A stretch of DNA of 64,000 nt from Camelus dromedarius (lineage: Eukaryota). Where the stretch lies: contig NC_087436.1 in assembly GCF_036321535.1 (NCBI RefSeq), forward strand, positions 58,902,001 through 58,966,000, read 5' to 3'. Under the pieces are notes generated by a model. It did no database searches. It worked only from the letters and a program-made list of their open reading frames with translations, and was not told where the DNA came from. Numbering within the stretch: position 1 is the stretch's first letter; each line of letters opens with the position of its first letter. Shown piece by piece: positions 49,401-62,837 of the stretch. Both the position numbers and the translations under genes were made by a program.

Positions 49401-50391
49401 TTGAACTTAGAAATAGCTCTATTTCTGTATAGCTGCAACGTCAAAAAATATGTTCTCTTGGGAAGGAGAACGTGCTGCTTAAAGTTCTATAATAATAAAT
49501 GATACCATAAAACCATTGTTAACAGTGTACAGTAAATAGCATCAAAAGCCACTACAATAGTCACAACATTTTCTTCATAGTTCTCAGCACATAAGTAAAC
49601 TACTCATAAAGAAAATTTCCCTTAACAACCGCAAGCACGAGCTTTACCCAAACATGCTCCAGGACAGATTTGATGGCTCATGTTTTAGAAAGGAGTGCTT
49701 GTTCTTTGCTGTCATGTCATAGTTTGCATCATTTCAAGTGGATTGAAAAAGATTAAAGATATTACTACAAAGACTAGTATAAATAATACAAACTATCCTA
49801 GCCCACTGCTTTTTTTATCTCTCCTTTTACACAACCTCCCACTTAAATCTCCGTTTCTTTGGAATGTATTAAAAATGCATTCAGCCAAAAACAAGAGGAA
49901 ACAAAAATTGCCTAGGATATAAAGTACAGAAAGTAGTAGAGGCGTGAGATTTGTTGTTTTTGTATTAGTAAGAATGTTTATTATGTGAGATGTAGAAAGT
50001 AATAGATATCTAATAATAAGAACTATAAATTCTCAGAAATGGCACAATTAACAACAACAACAATAAGACTTATACTTATTGGTGAATTTTAAAAGTGCTA
50101 TTTCTTCAGAAAAATCATTTGAAATTTTTTTAAGCCATTAAATGCAACTTAATTGCATGTGTTTGCATAAAATTCAGTATAAAATTACTCTGTAGCACAT
50201 AAAATATTAATTTAAGCTTTGAAGTTTGTGGAAAATATATTCAAAGTCAAATTAAACTCACTAAAGCTTCCCTAAAATTTGACTTTCTTCAATTTATTAT
50301 TTTTTTTAATTTCAGAAATTTGTCCCAGCTTATTTCATTAGTCTTTTTGGGTTTCAAAGTATTCAAAGATCACACAAGATTTTAAACACAA

Positions 50392-50445
50392 TGAAGTTCA
50401 CATTATATGAAATTATTTTGAAGTTCACATTATACGAAAATATTT
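50392..50445. repeat. 27-bp tandem duplication
   Basis: tgaagttcacattatatgaaattattt / tgaagttcacattatacgaaaatattt (25/27). Confidence 0.9.
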
Positions 50446-50573
50446 AATAACGATTTCAACTACATTTTTATTGACATCAGCTGTTTCCTCATGAAGTGAG
50501 CAGAGTGCATAACTTTAGGGAACAAGGCTTTACTTTCCTTTCAGACCCTCTTAAAGTTATATTGATGATTTCC

Positions 50574-51065
50574 TGTTAGAACTAGACATAGACCTCTGAG
50601 ATAATATAGACATTCTAAAGCTGTTACTATAGTCTTGTTATGGTGACTTGGTTGTTGGAAGAGGTCATTGAGAGGAAATGGCCTCTTGACAGTCTGAACT
50701 TTGTTACCCACTCTTCTTGTCCTTGGAATGTATTTTCTGCCCACCATTCCCACAATGGGAACTGTTTTCGTGGATGCAGCCTTGAGAAAGCAATGTGTTG
50801 CTGAGACCACCTACCTGGACTGTATGTGTGACTGAACCCAGTTAAGACCTCTCTATAAGCTTTTAAGATTCTGGCTGGTGGGTGCAGAGATCTACTTGTC
50901 TTGAAGTTGCTCAAGACAAGCCTGTTATGAAAGTTTCCGTGCTTATTAAACCTACAACCTAGCAATTTGGAGTGACCTGCCTCTTTCTTCAGTCTCTCCT
51001 TGCCCTCTGTGTGTGGGCATCAATTTCAAATTCACCTGGGAAGCTCTCAAGATTTTAAACCAACA
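50574..51065 (+). mobile_element. ERV-type LTR (probably class I)
   Basis: Termini TGTTAG...CCAACA, TATA-like ctataag near 50853, ATTAAA near 50946, GC-richer than flanks, followed by TTGGTGCAGTG. Confidence 0.7.
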
Positions 51066-51669
51066 TTGGTGCAGTGGGTTATTTCCAGTTTCCTGTCTTG
51101 GTCCCTGAAACAGGAACGTCCTGCTTCTTGTGAACAATTAAGAAAAAGTATTTTATTCTCTTCACATCATATTTGCTCCTCCCTTTCTAGACCAAGGTAC
51201 AGTAGTAGCAGCAGCTACTCTATATAGAACAGCCATAGGACATTTCTTTGACTGGGTTGCCCGAGTTCAGTGCAGGCAGTAGAAAAAAGTCCAAATTCCC
51301 TGTGAGTCCTAAGCTGTGTTTCAAATCCTGTTTTACCAGTTGAAACTTTGGTTAAGCACTTTGACTAAGTAAAATTCAATAACGAAAGTTATCACTGTTC
51401 TTTATAATTATCACATCATAGCGTGTGCCTTTCAATTTTATCCATTTTCCTTATTTCTTCTTTTTCTGTTTTTTATTTATAGAATTATGCATGCATTGAA
51501 TAATCAAGAAGCAATAAGAACAAATGTGCTGGCCTTTAAAAAGGACTTTAATGGTGAGTCACAGCATTAATATAATTACATACTTGCACCTATATAAAGA
51601 CATAAAGACGTATGAACCGAGAGAACCAGTAAGACATACAGATCAGTTGGTGATTAGAATGCAACTATG

Positions 51670-51686
51670 GTCTGTCTGTCTGTCTG

Positions 51687-51730
<44 letters not shown>

Positions 51731-51753
51731 TTCTTTCTTTTTTTCTTTCTTTC

Positions 51754-51834
<81 letters not shown>
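51670..51834. repeat. Compound tetranucleotide microsatellite (TCTG)n(TTTC)n(TCTG)n(TCTA)n
   Basis: Direct reading. Confidence 0.95.
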
Positions 51835-53009
51835 TCAATAAAGTTAATACACTTATTTGACCATGAGAAAAAGCCTGTTAGTAGCAGTGGCATTAAACTT
51901 AAGAAAAACACACTAGCCCTGGTAGTGGAATGAATTATTAGGTTAATACTCAACCTTATTTCAGATTATTTTGACTTAAGTGGTGAAATTAAAATATATA
52001 TTCCTATTTTACTGTTTTCCATATTTTCTGTTTATTTTATTATATTAAGAGCTGTGTGAATCTGTTTAAGTTTTGGGACAATTAGGATAGTTTGAAGAAA
52101 TTACAGTTCTCATCAAGTCTCTGGACTGGGTAATTTTATTGTGTCCATTGCTCAGCATGGTACAGCTTAGACCTATATTTGCATAAGGAAATCAAGCTCA
52201 GGTTTCATAGTTGTAAATTTATTAACAGAGTGGAGTTTTTAAAAATCACTTTTTAAATACTTCATATTTATTAAACGTATTGGAAAACTTCAAAGCAAAT
52301 TTGTTGTGAGAAAGTGAATGCTGTCAATGTAAACTCCCTGAACAAACACAACTCCATATCTAAGCTGTGTGAGACTTTCAAAGGGGTACACAGTGTATAC
52401 ATTTCTGAGCCATTCAAAATAACTTCATTTGGTGATCTATTTATGGTCCATATAAGATTTAAAAGCAGACAAGATTAGGGAGATACTGAATCATAGATTC
52501 CATGAAACAATTATTTGCTCATTTCTCAGCAAGCCATTCTATAAGTGCTATCTCTCTAAACAGAAGGTAGGACTCATTTCTGCTCTTCACTCCACTGATG
52601 GGGAAGGAAATCTAGAAATGTGTCTGCCATGCTTCTTGCTATTGTTCCCCAGTGTTAACTGACCTAAGCCCCAGTTTTTTATAGCTCAAATGTAAGTTAT
52701 AGTTCTTTGGTATTAAGCTGAATAAAAGTAAATAAAAAAGTGACCCACTTAATTCTTTCTCTACCAAAGGGATTTTCATTATCACTGTATTTTTATATGG
52801 TTGGAAAACTTACTTTAAAATACTTTATGAGCAGAGAGGAGCCACATTCGGTTGACTATGGAAGAGTTTTGCTGCTACTGCTTATAGACAAAGTATCTGA
52901 CTTCATATTTTATATTAGCCCTTAATTTTATATCAGCTAATATTAGAAGTATATTAGTACTTGTAGTACAAGTATATAACTTCTGGTTTTAACAGCAGTG
53001 CAACCGCAG

Positions 53010-53305
53010 TCTTATATTCATTATACCAAAATCCAACTGTTCTAAAAATAGGTTTTTTCTTTCACTGTTTTGGCAACTAAACATGATGTGAGCTGACCTG
53101 AACTCAGGTGATGGTAAAACACAGTGAATCCATTTATAGTCTTTGTATAGCACAACACATGTGGATGTGCTTATAGTTTGCTGAAGTTATGTGTATGTGT
53201 TTCACTGCGAGGTGCTGCTTGACTCAGCTGAAGGTGTTATTCTATAGAATATGTAGGCAGCTTTTTAAAAACCTCAAAAAATGTGAAATTCAGAGCATAT
53301 CTGTA
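53010..53305. mobile_element. TcMar-Tigger MITE remnant (MER46C-like)
   Basis: ctgacctgaact...atttatagtctttg...ggtgctgcttgactcagctgaaggtgtta...aaaacctcaaaaaatgtgaaattcagagcatatctg. Confidence 0.5.
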
Positions 53306-53786
53306 TAGTTGATCTATAATAGCACCTTCTAGCCCTAGTTCTTGAAAAAGAAACAGTCAAAATTGGAAAATAGACATTTTACTTAAACCTAGAAACCTTG
53401 CCCTCCAAATGTGCCCAATCTCTCTCATCATCTGCTTGACCTTTACCTTGATCTCTTCTTTTCATTCTCCTTTCTATTGTTATCATGCTTTTATATACCT
53501 GCCTCACTAATAGCCTTTGCTAATAATGCAGCTCTCTCATAGTATATGCTACATTCCACCAGTTAATTTTCTTGTCTCTCCCTAACTGAGCTTTCAGACT
53601 AGTTTATCCTCTTAGCTTAGTCACACTTCTGTAATTTTCTAAAATCTTGCTTTTATGTGACATGAAAAACATTACATAAGGCTTGAGTTAGTAAATCAAA
53701 AAGCCTGTGAGTTAATGAAAGTATAATTCCTATAGAAGTTGACTGAAATAAAAGAAATTAAAGGGATAAAATTTCACAGTTATCCT

Positions 53787-54035
53787 GTGGTAGATACAGC
53801 TGGTTGACTGGTCAGCATCTGTCCTCTACTGTCCCTTGGCAAGAAAACCCTGATGTTTTTTAACCCTCCTGAAAGAGTCTGTGTACTTTTGTGAAGGCTT
53901 CTGTATAGACTGAATAGGTTACAGTGACCTCACTCCTTGTCTTTGTTTTTGGTTTGTGAGGAATATAGGACACATAAAGAAAGATTTTCAGTGGACTTCT
54001 GGAGAAGGTTTATGTACCATTAAAAAGGGATCGTA
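53787..54035 (+). mobile_element. Old MLT1 LTR 5' part
   Basis: tgtggtagatacagctggttgactggtcagcatc...aagaaaaccctgat...gacttctggagaaggttt. Confidence 0.45.
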
Positions 54036-54039
54036 CACA

Positions 54040-54450
54040 AGACCCCAATTAATTCTTAGGGCAATTCTCCCAAATCTGTAAATTCAAAAGACTATAATAT
54101 TACTGAAAGTATTCTGAGGCACAGAAAAATGGAAACTTTTAAATCATTTGTGTGTAGTGAACATACCATTAGTCTGTTAACCAAAACAAGAGAAGAATTC
54201 AAACCCATAAAAACCACTACAGACAAACATGATGATGAAAAGATCTTAAATAAAATACCTGCAAAATAATTAAGGCATTAAAAAAATACAGTCAATACCC
54301 AACTTGGGTTTATTTTGACAATGCAAGGATAGTTCAGTTTTAGAAAAGCTATTGTTAAGTTTATCATATCAATAGATACAAGAAGAAAGGCTTATGATTT
54401 TTTCCACAGATGCTGATAAAACATTTGTCAAAATTTATCATCCATTTCTA
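54040..54450 (+). mobile_element. Ancient L1ME ORF2 (RT region) fragment
   Basis: ccaacttgggtttatt...aatgcaaggatagttca...cagatgctgataaaacatttgtcaaaatttatcatccattt. Confidence 0.6.
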
Positions 54451-54759
54451 TTTATTGAGCCTTTTATCTTTTTTTTTGAATAGGTTCTAGGAAGTTATTC
54501 AAGAATACTAAGCAAAGGTTTTTTAAAGTTTTTGTGAGAAAGTTTCATTAATTTCTCTTGTGTTTTTTACCTCTGATTTTTCTGACTCTTTAATCATAAT
54601 ACTTCTGTTTTTTATTCTTGATCAGTCTTTCAGTGGGTTGTTTATTAATACTGCAAAAAACAAACTTTTAACTTTGTTGATTTTATTTATCCTTGTCTTA
54701 CAGATTTGCACTTTAATTTTTATTGTCCTATGTTTCTACTATCTGTTTATTCTTCAACT

Positions 54760-56125
54760 GACTATTTTTAAAGAAATTTTTAGAGCAGTATTAGGTTTAC
54801 AACAAAATTGAGAGGAAGGTATAGATATTGCCCATATATTGGCAATTGTATACTTGCATAGCCTCCCTCATTATCAAAATCAAGCATCTGAATGCTACAT
54901 TTTTTAATCAAAGATGAACCCACATTAACACATCATAATTATTCAAAGTTCATAGTTTACTTTAGTGTTAATCCTTATAGTTGTATTTTGGACAAATGCA
55001 TAATGACATATGTCCATCACTATTGTATTATACAGAGTATTTTCACTGTCCTAAACATTCTGCTCTCTGCTATTCATCATTCCTCCTCCATACCACTGGC
55101 AACCTGGTAACCATTGATCTTTTTATTGTCTCCATAGGTTTGCTTTTTCCAGAATGTCATTTAGTTAGAATGATACAGCATGTAGCCTTTGTCAGATTGA
55201 CTTCCTTCACTTATAAATATGTATTTAAGGTTCTGCCTTGTCTTTTCTTGATAGATAATTTCTTTTAGTGCTGAATAATATTCTGTTGTTTGGATGCACC
55301 TCAGTTTATTTATCCATTCACTTGTTGAAGAATATCTTTGTTGCTTTCAAGTTTTGGCAATTAGGATTAAAGCTGCTATAAACATCTATGTGCAGGTTTT
55401 GTGTTAATTCCTTTGGATAAATACTAAGAAGCATGGTAAGAGTATGTTTAGTTTTGTAAGAAGCTGTCAAACTCTCTTCCAAAATGGCTGTACCACTTCA
55501 TATTCCAAGCAGGAAAGTGTGAGAGTTCATGTTGTTTCATATCCTTATCAACATTTGGTGATGTCATTGATCCAGTTTTGGCCATTGTAATAGATTCATA
55601 GTGGTATCTCATTGTTGTTTTAATTTGTATTTTCTGATGACATACAATGTAGAGCATCTTGCCATATTTGCCTTCTGCATATCTTCTTTGATTAAGATCT
55701 TTGACCCATTTTAAAATTGGGTTGTTTATTTTCTTATTGTTGGGTTTTAAGAGTTGTTTGTATATGTTGAATTAAAGTCCTTTATCAGGTCTATCTTTTG
55801 CAAATATTTTCTCCCAGTCTGTGGCTTGTATCCTAATTCTCTTGACATTATCTGGAATGTAAATTCATTTTTTGCATGTGGATGTCCAGTTGTTCCAGCA
55901 CCATTTATTTAAAGCATGTCTTTGTCAAAGATCTTTGTCTTTATCAAAGATCAATTGACTATATTTATGTGAGTCTATTTCTGGTCTCCTGTATGTTTCA
56001 TGGAGCTATTTATTCTTTTAACAATACAACTCTGTCTTGATTATTGTAGCTTTAAAGTGAGTTGAAGTCAGATGGTGTCAGTCTTCCAATGGCTCTTCTT
56101 CAATATTGCATTGACTATGCTGCAT
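54760..56125 (-). mobile_element. L1MC1-like 3' end, antisense
   Basis: ttttagagcagtattaggtttacaacaaaattgagaggaaggtatagat...ttttggacaaatgcataatgaca..., then antisense ORF2 C-terminal motifs. Confidence 0.85.
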
Positions 56126-56269
56126 TTTAACTCCTGTTTTCTAACATAAATATTACTGCTTTGTTGCATCGTACAAGATTTGATATGTTGTGTTTTCATA
56201 TTCTTTTATTCTAAGTATTTTAAATCCCATTATATTTTCTTCTCTTATTCTTGATTTACTTAGATGTGG

Positions 56270-57960
56270 AGATTGGCAAGCCAATTCTAAGTCTTATATG
56301 AAAGAGGATAACTATAAATAGCCAAAATCTTTTTGAAGAAGGTAAACAATCTTCTCTGCCAAATATCAAGATTTAATGTGAAGTAATAGTAAATATAGCA
56401 GTATTTTTACATAGAAATATATGAAATAACCATAGCAATAGAGAATGATTGTTCAGAAAAGGACCCTCCTGTATACTGAACTGAAGTATGTATCAGAAGT
56501 AACATGGTAAATTGGTCAGGATAGGATGAACTGTTCAAAAGAGAGGTTAAAAATATTGATAGAGATTGAAAAAATAAAATCCTACCTCACATTATCCATA
56601 AAATTAAAATATAGATGGAATAAGTATTAAAATATCTAATTTAAACTTGAAAAATTAGCAAAATGCCCAGTGAATACCCTTTTGTTAGAGGACCATTTTG
56701 GGAATTTTACAATAAGACCTAAAACTTTCGAATTGATTACATTAAAATTGATGGCAGCAATTCATGAAATTATGTATTATAACAAGTGAAACAGAGTTAT
56801 AAACTAGAAAAAGATAATTGAAAGAGTCAATAAAAATTGGTATCAATAATATATAATAATTCCTACTAATCTGTAAGGAAATGATAGTGCAATAAGAAAA
56901 TATGTCTATGATATGTAAAGTTTTACACTTTCAGAGAAGAAACTGTATATATCTGATATATATAGTTTTCCATTTCCACACACCTCATACATAATTGTAT
57001 GAACAGATAATCTCCCTTATTATAAATCAAGGAAATGCAAATCAATAGCAGTTATAATACCACTTATTAACACAGTTTATTGCCAAATTTAAGATGCTGG
57101 ATAATATTAAGTGTTAGCAAGAATGTGGATTAACAGAATCTCTTCTAAACTGTTATTTGCAAAGATAAAATATAATTATTTTGGAAAACAAGATTGTATT
57201 TGTTTATAAATTTGAACAATTAAATTCTCTATTAACTGACATTGTACACCTAGGCATATCTTCAATAAAAATTTTGTATTTGTATGCTAGGAAACATGAA
57301 CGTCGATATATCCAAAACAGTAGTACAGTACGTCCCAAATATGCATGGATTTCAAATCTACAGAGTCAACCAACCTCAGATAGAAAACATTTTTTTAAAC
57401 TACAGAAAGTTCCAAAAGGTACAATTATTTACATTTTATTGGGTTTTATAAATAATCTAGAGATTATTTAAAGTATATAGGATGTTGTGTGTAGGTTACA
57501 TGCAAATACTATGCCATTTTGCATAAGGAACTTCTGGTATTTGCTGGGGGTACTGAAGCCAATCCTTTGAAGATACTGGGAGATGACTGTATTCACAACA
57601 CAAAATAATCTAAATACTGAAATGTGCCTAAGAAAAGAATGAACAAATCCATTGTAATATATTTACATAGTAGAATATCATGCAGCAGAGGAAATCAGTT
57701 AGAGCTACACAAAATAATAGAACTGAATTTTAATAATAATTAGTGAAAAAATATTTCCATGAAGATTCTGTATAATGTGATACTGTTTTTATAAAGTTGA
57801 ACAGAGAGATAAGCATATACATATTAGATAATTAAAAAAACAGGTGAATGATAATACCAATATTGGATTTTCTCTGATGTGGGGAAGCAGAAATTGTAGG
57901 AAGAGGTTACTGTTAAGTTTTTATTCTATTTTTTAAGTAGGGTGTCATTCTCAAGTTGTC
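56270..57960 (+). mobile_element. Ancient L1ME ORF2 end and 3'UTR
   Basis: gattggcaagccaattctaagtcttatatgaa, cctacctcacattatccataaaatt, aatcaaggaaatgcaaatc, aagtgttagcaagaatgtggat. Confidence 0.6.
57326..57589. mobile_element. TcMar-Tigger MITE (MER2-like) with TA TSD
   Basis: TA-cagt...actg-TA termini; internal aataatctagagattatttaaagtatat...gtaggttacatgcaaatactatgccattt. Confidence 0.85.
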
Positions 57961-58094
57961 TCATTAGCTGTTTTAGAGGTTATTGCAAGATTTTACCAGA
58001 CTAGTAAAAACCAGGTAGTATGTTTATGGATATTAATGATATTATTAAAATAAATACATAGAATAAAAATAAAATAGAGTATGCATGGATTCTT

Positions 58095-58525
58095 TAACTG
58101 TATTCCCCAAGAAGCAGACCTTGAGTCTAAGATTTGAGGAGACACGTTTCCTTTGGAAGGTGATCCCAGGAAGCACCGACGTGGGGGAGTAGAACAGGGA
58201 AGGAAAATAAGCCAAAACTGGTGCATTAATGAGCAGGTTACCTCTATGGGAAAGTAGAACACACCTCAGAGTTACTCCAAAGTTGTCCAAGAAGTCCAAA
58301 ATTGGGCTGTATAATAATAACACTAATAATAACACCTATTTTTCATTGGCAGAGGGTTTCAAATGCATTTGAAAGCATTCACTGGCCCTGCAAACAGCAA
58401 ATCCTCCTCACAGCACTAGAGAAAACTCTCAGACAGAAAGCTTACAGGAAGAAGCCACCATCTTCCAAGAAACAGTGAGCCTGAAGGCTGAGGAAATATG
58501 AGTCAAACACCAATAGCACCTACTG
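58095..58525 (-). mobile_element. ERVL LTR (LTR33-like)
   Basis: ttccccaagaagcagaccttgagtctaagatttgag...tttggaaggtgatcccaggaagcacc...gagcaggttacc. Confidence 0.75.
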
Positions 58526-58930
58526 TCGCCCACTCAAATACACTTGCACATCACATTATATTCCTCTTTCCTCCCACTGATTTTTCAAGGTCACTGTCAG
58601 TCAAAATTTCTGAATCAAAAGAATTTACAAAAGTCTGTTTAGTGGGGCAAGCTATGCTCGTCACTGTTGCACTTGTTTCTAAGGCTGTAACTGCTGTGTG
58701 TACTCTCTGTCCTCTGTTATCCCTTCTGGACCCCACTTATCTTTGGTTAGCATTTGTGCTAGATGAGGTTGGTGGCCCACTGAAATAGCCCATAGTTAAG
58801 ATGTCTGGGCCCTTTAGTACTGTGCTCTTCTCTGGCTGTGATTGCTACAATTGCCCATTTGTGCTCCTGTCCATCGCCAGGCTGAAACTATAAAGAAGAG
58901 CACCAATTATTTTTTCTCCTGAAAGAAATC
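58526..58930 (-). mobile_element. ERVL internal 3' remnant adjoining the LTR33-like LTR
   Basis: gggccctttagtactgtgctcttctctggctgtgattgctacaattgcccattt resembles the antisense ERVL/HERV16 3' internal region. Confidence 0.45.
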
Positions 58931-60819
58931 TATTTATTCTCTTGGTGACTTCATTATTTTCATGGCTACAAATATTTTTACTGAGGTAAGATCACATATC
59001 AGGAGAGCCCCGAAATCTCACTGTTACAGATTATACCTTTTTTTGTTACTTACAGCACATTGCTTACTAAAAGTACAATCACAGAATAAAAAATTAAATG
59101 TTCAATTCTTTACATGTTTTTGGCATCTAATTTTCCATGAACAAAGATATAAATTAATCATTTTACAATTAAATAGTAGTCAGCCTGGCTAACTTACTGG
59201 GTGCTACTTCTTTCTAAAATAAATTTCAAGAAAAAGAGTTAAAGCTATTTCAGGAGAAATAATTATTAAAGGAGAAAGGTTGATCCTTAGACATTTGTAA
59301 GAGAATGAAAGATAATACTGTTGTTGCCCAATCATATAATTGAGAAAGTCTGGTAAAAATAGATTGTTCAGCTTTAAATATAATTTACTGAGTCTCATTA
59401 CCACTCTCTTGAAAGCTAGGGGAATTGCAATTTATGAATTTAGATACAACTCTTCTAGGAACAAAATACTGTATTTAAATTTTGTTTTACTTAGGTTGTA
59501 GATCTTCATTTGGTAAATTTTACTTATTTTTTTTTTTCATTGTGAGTAGGAGATTTGCTTTCTTTGCCCTCTGTTAGCCTGAATAAAAGTAAAGTAAACC
59601 TTTTGACATTTCTTTGTTTCAGAATAGATTTCACTCTCCTTCATAGCTACGTGGTTAAGGAATTTGGAGGTTCCTCTACCAGTAAACAAATATGTAAAGC
59701 ATAAAAGTTTAGTGATGCATTATTTTACCTAGAAGTAATACATTTGTTTATCTTCAATTAAGTAGAAATGCTAGAACATATTTTGGTATAGTTGATTAAA
59801 TGAAAAGCTTGCTTTGCTTGGCTTTCCTAAAGAAACTAAACATCCTTTTAAACTATAATGTTAAACTTTATAGTAGAGGATTAGAGTTCTAATTTCTATG
59901 AGTCTGAGTTATAAGACTACACAAGAGACAGATATCTCTCCTCTGTTAAAATAATTATTTCTAGACAGCTGTATTCATTGCTGACCATGCAGTATAAAAC
60001 TAGAAATGATCTATTGCTTTAGGCCATTCCCTTCATATAAGATATTAAATGCCTCTTAAAGGTTTGTCTGGCAACTAGACAACAGTTAAAGATATCATTA
60101 ATTCTTTTTCTTTTCTTTTTCCTTAAATTAAAAAGTAAAATGTCGGCAAACTCAAGTTTTCTTTGTGGTATAATAATACTAATTTATCAGTTTCTTAATG
60201 AAAAAAAAACATGTTTTGCATGACCAGGCAGCTAGCATTGAAAAGAAATTGTGCTGAATATATTTGTGCATGTGGATATGAGTACACACCCGTATATCTG
60301 CCGCCTCAGCCGTACTCCCCACCACCGTTACAAAAGCAAAACTTTCAGAGCTGATCCCCCTTCTTCCCCCATAACAAGGACATACGGCCCTTGTTAACTT
60401 ACTTTAGGTAGACTCTGTTTTTTATCCAAGAAGATAAATAGTGTGACATTCTGGGAATCAAAACTTTTTTTGAGGAGGCCCTAGGTCCTATAACCTCTTA
60501 GGAATAGTCCTGCGTAGCATTCTGGGACTTTGGTTATGTTCTTAAATGTTAGCACCAAATAGCAGTCTTTTAATTCAGTAGTTTCAGCAAGAAACTCTTT
60601 GGTAGGTTAGAGGGAGAATGAAACAATTTGCAAAATCTTCAAATAAATTGATTATTTTATAATGAACAATGTAATTGTCTATAGACACTCCAATAAGGGA
60701 ATATAAAAGGAAACAACTGTCTGCCTTTAATTTGCTTTCTCTCAGACAGTTTTTCGTAAATGCAATTCCTCTAGTTAAAGTGATTATGCTTTTAACTGTA
60801 AGTTACTTAGAAGTCCACT

Positions 60820-61000
60820 AGGCCAGGATTCCACCACACATGCCTGGAATAGTCACTTGAGGTGCTTAATAAAAATGTGGTTTCCTGAGACTTTTCTAAC
60901 AAATCGAGTAGAAATTCCAGGAGACAATGTAACAATCTCTGTTTTTAACAAGGGCACTTGATATACCGACTCGTCAGCTAAATTTGCTGGACATGCGTTA
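60820..61000. mobile_element. hAT-Charlie MITE (MER5-like)
   Basis: gaatagtcacttgaggtgcttaataaaaatgtggtttcctgag...aatctctgtttttaacaag. Confidence 0.55.
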
Positions 61001-62837
61001 GACTACAGGCTTCAAGTAACCAAGGACCATTGGCTTCCCATAGTAAGTGCTAAATATATATGTTAGAAGGAATGGCATTAAGATACACAGTTCCTTTTTC
61101 CCAGGCTAGTGGTACTAATAAAGATTACTTCTTAAGGCAGTAATTGTCATCTACAGTTGCAGTAGAAACAAACCTGAGTTTTAGGATACTTTTTAAAACG
61201 TCTGTTTTGTTTGTTGGCTGGTACTTAGACTATTTGTAACATATAACACAGACGAACGTTTATGAGCTTCCTATAAGGTATTTCTTCCTGTAGAGTCACT
61301 CTACCTCTGAATTCAGAATAAAAACAAGTAAGTCATACCAAACATGAATCTGTCCTACACATTTTTTCCTAATTGTTTTTCTTTTCTTGGTCCAATGAAA
61401 GGGAGAAAAGGAGAGGGGTCACTTTCTGAATACTGAAATTTCCTAAATGGGGCATTTAAGTGGACACCCATCACTCATCTGTATTAAGATTCCTCTGGTG
61501 TATCTTTACTCTTCTGGTATCGACTTAGTGTACAGTATTACCTCAAGGATTTTTTCTTTTTATAATTTTTTCTTTTCTGTATTATTCTTGGTTTCTTCAG
61601 TTTAAATGGGGTGGTATCTGTACCCATGAAGATTAAATAAAAGCACACATAGCACTAGGAAAAATGGTCTCATGTGCAGTCTTTCCACCCCATTGTGTAT
61701 GACTGTCTTTTGGGGCTTGAAGACTACCTTACCAAGAGGTAAAGAGCCTGCACAATCTGTGTCAGGCTTCTTGTCTGGTGTGGGAATATCTTTCCCTGTT
61801 GCAAACTCATTTAGCTTTCCCTTGTTCTGCTTAAGCACGTAAATCAAGGGCCCTGTGGCCCGCCCTCAGCTTTCAGACTCCTTGCAGGTGTGTTTGCATC
61901 CATCTACTGCAGCATGAGATCAGTGCCCCATGTTGGCTGCCAAGGGACAGCTATAGCCATGTAGCCATGAGAGGCACACGCTGTTGGAGCTGACTTGGTC
62001 TCTTCCTTACATGCGTTAAGTTTTATTCCATCCAGTGCTTGACTGCATTGTGTTTTCCTTGGCAACTCTGAGACCTCCCATGGAATTAGTAACCTGTACA
62101 CAGTGTTTGGCTTGACACATAATGTCTGAATGCAATGAGTATTCATTCATAAACGCTTTGCCAATGGAAATGATTTACCAATTCTGTCATCTGCTAAGTG
62201 GCATAACCCTCACCAAATTGATTGGATCTGAGCCATTATTTCATGCCATTCTTTAGGAAATACTTTTTAAAACACACAAAACATAATGAAACCATTGTGA
62301 ACAGTTAAACAGTGTAGTTTTCTCCAGAGAATATGAATTTGAAAAAATTCCAACATATTCTAAAATAATTTTCATGACAGTGATATTGTCAATACCTGGT
62401 TTGGCTTCAAAAAGTTGGCTACCATGACTCTTAAATCTTCTATGTAAACATAAATTACTACAGTAAACCTAGACTCAGTACAGCACAGCATTTGCTTAGC
62501 CATCTGTTATATTTACATAACTGGTGTCCAGGCTGCTCCCTGGGGTTCTACAACTTAATCAAGTACTCTATTTACACAGTCATGTGTTCCCTGAGAGCTG
62601 CCTCTAGCGATGAAGTTTACACTGCTAAATCTATCATTTAGTTCTAGTTACTAGCCAATCAGTTAATAAAACTGGAATGCTAGGTAAGAGAGGAAAATCT
62701 TAGTTAAAATTCCTTTGAATATCTTAAGAGGTAATTTAAAAATAGTGAAATTGATGCATTCCTTCATTTATTTATTTATTTTTGGTCAGTCTCAGAAAAA
62801 TTTGCAGCTATTACAGAGATCCAACTGAAGCAGTGAA

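Noticed and set aside
50392..50445. CRISPR-like direct repeats
   Set aside because: Only two adjacent copies with no spacer, in mammalian DNA; a simple tandem duplication.
51524..51933. ORFs with LSVC/LSFF/LSIY repeats
   Set aside because: These are translations of a tetranucleotide microsatellite.
59610..59703. Possible exon after tttctttgtttcag
   Set aside because: The frames close quickly and the peptide is not recognisable.
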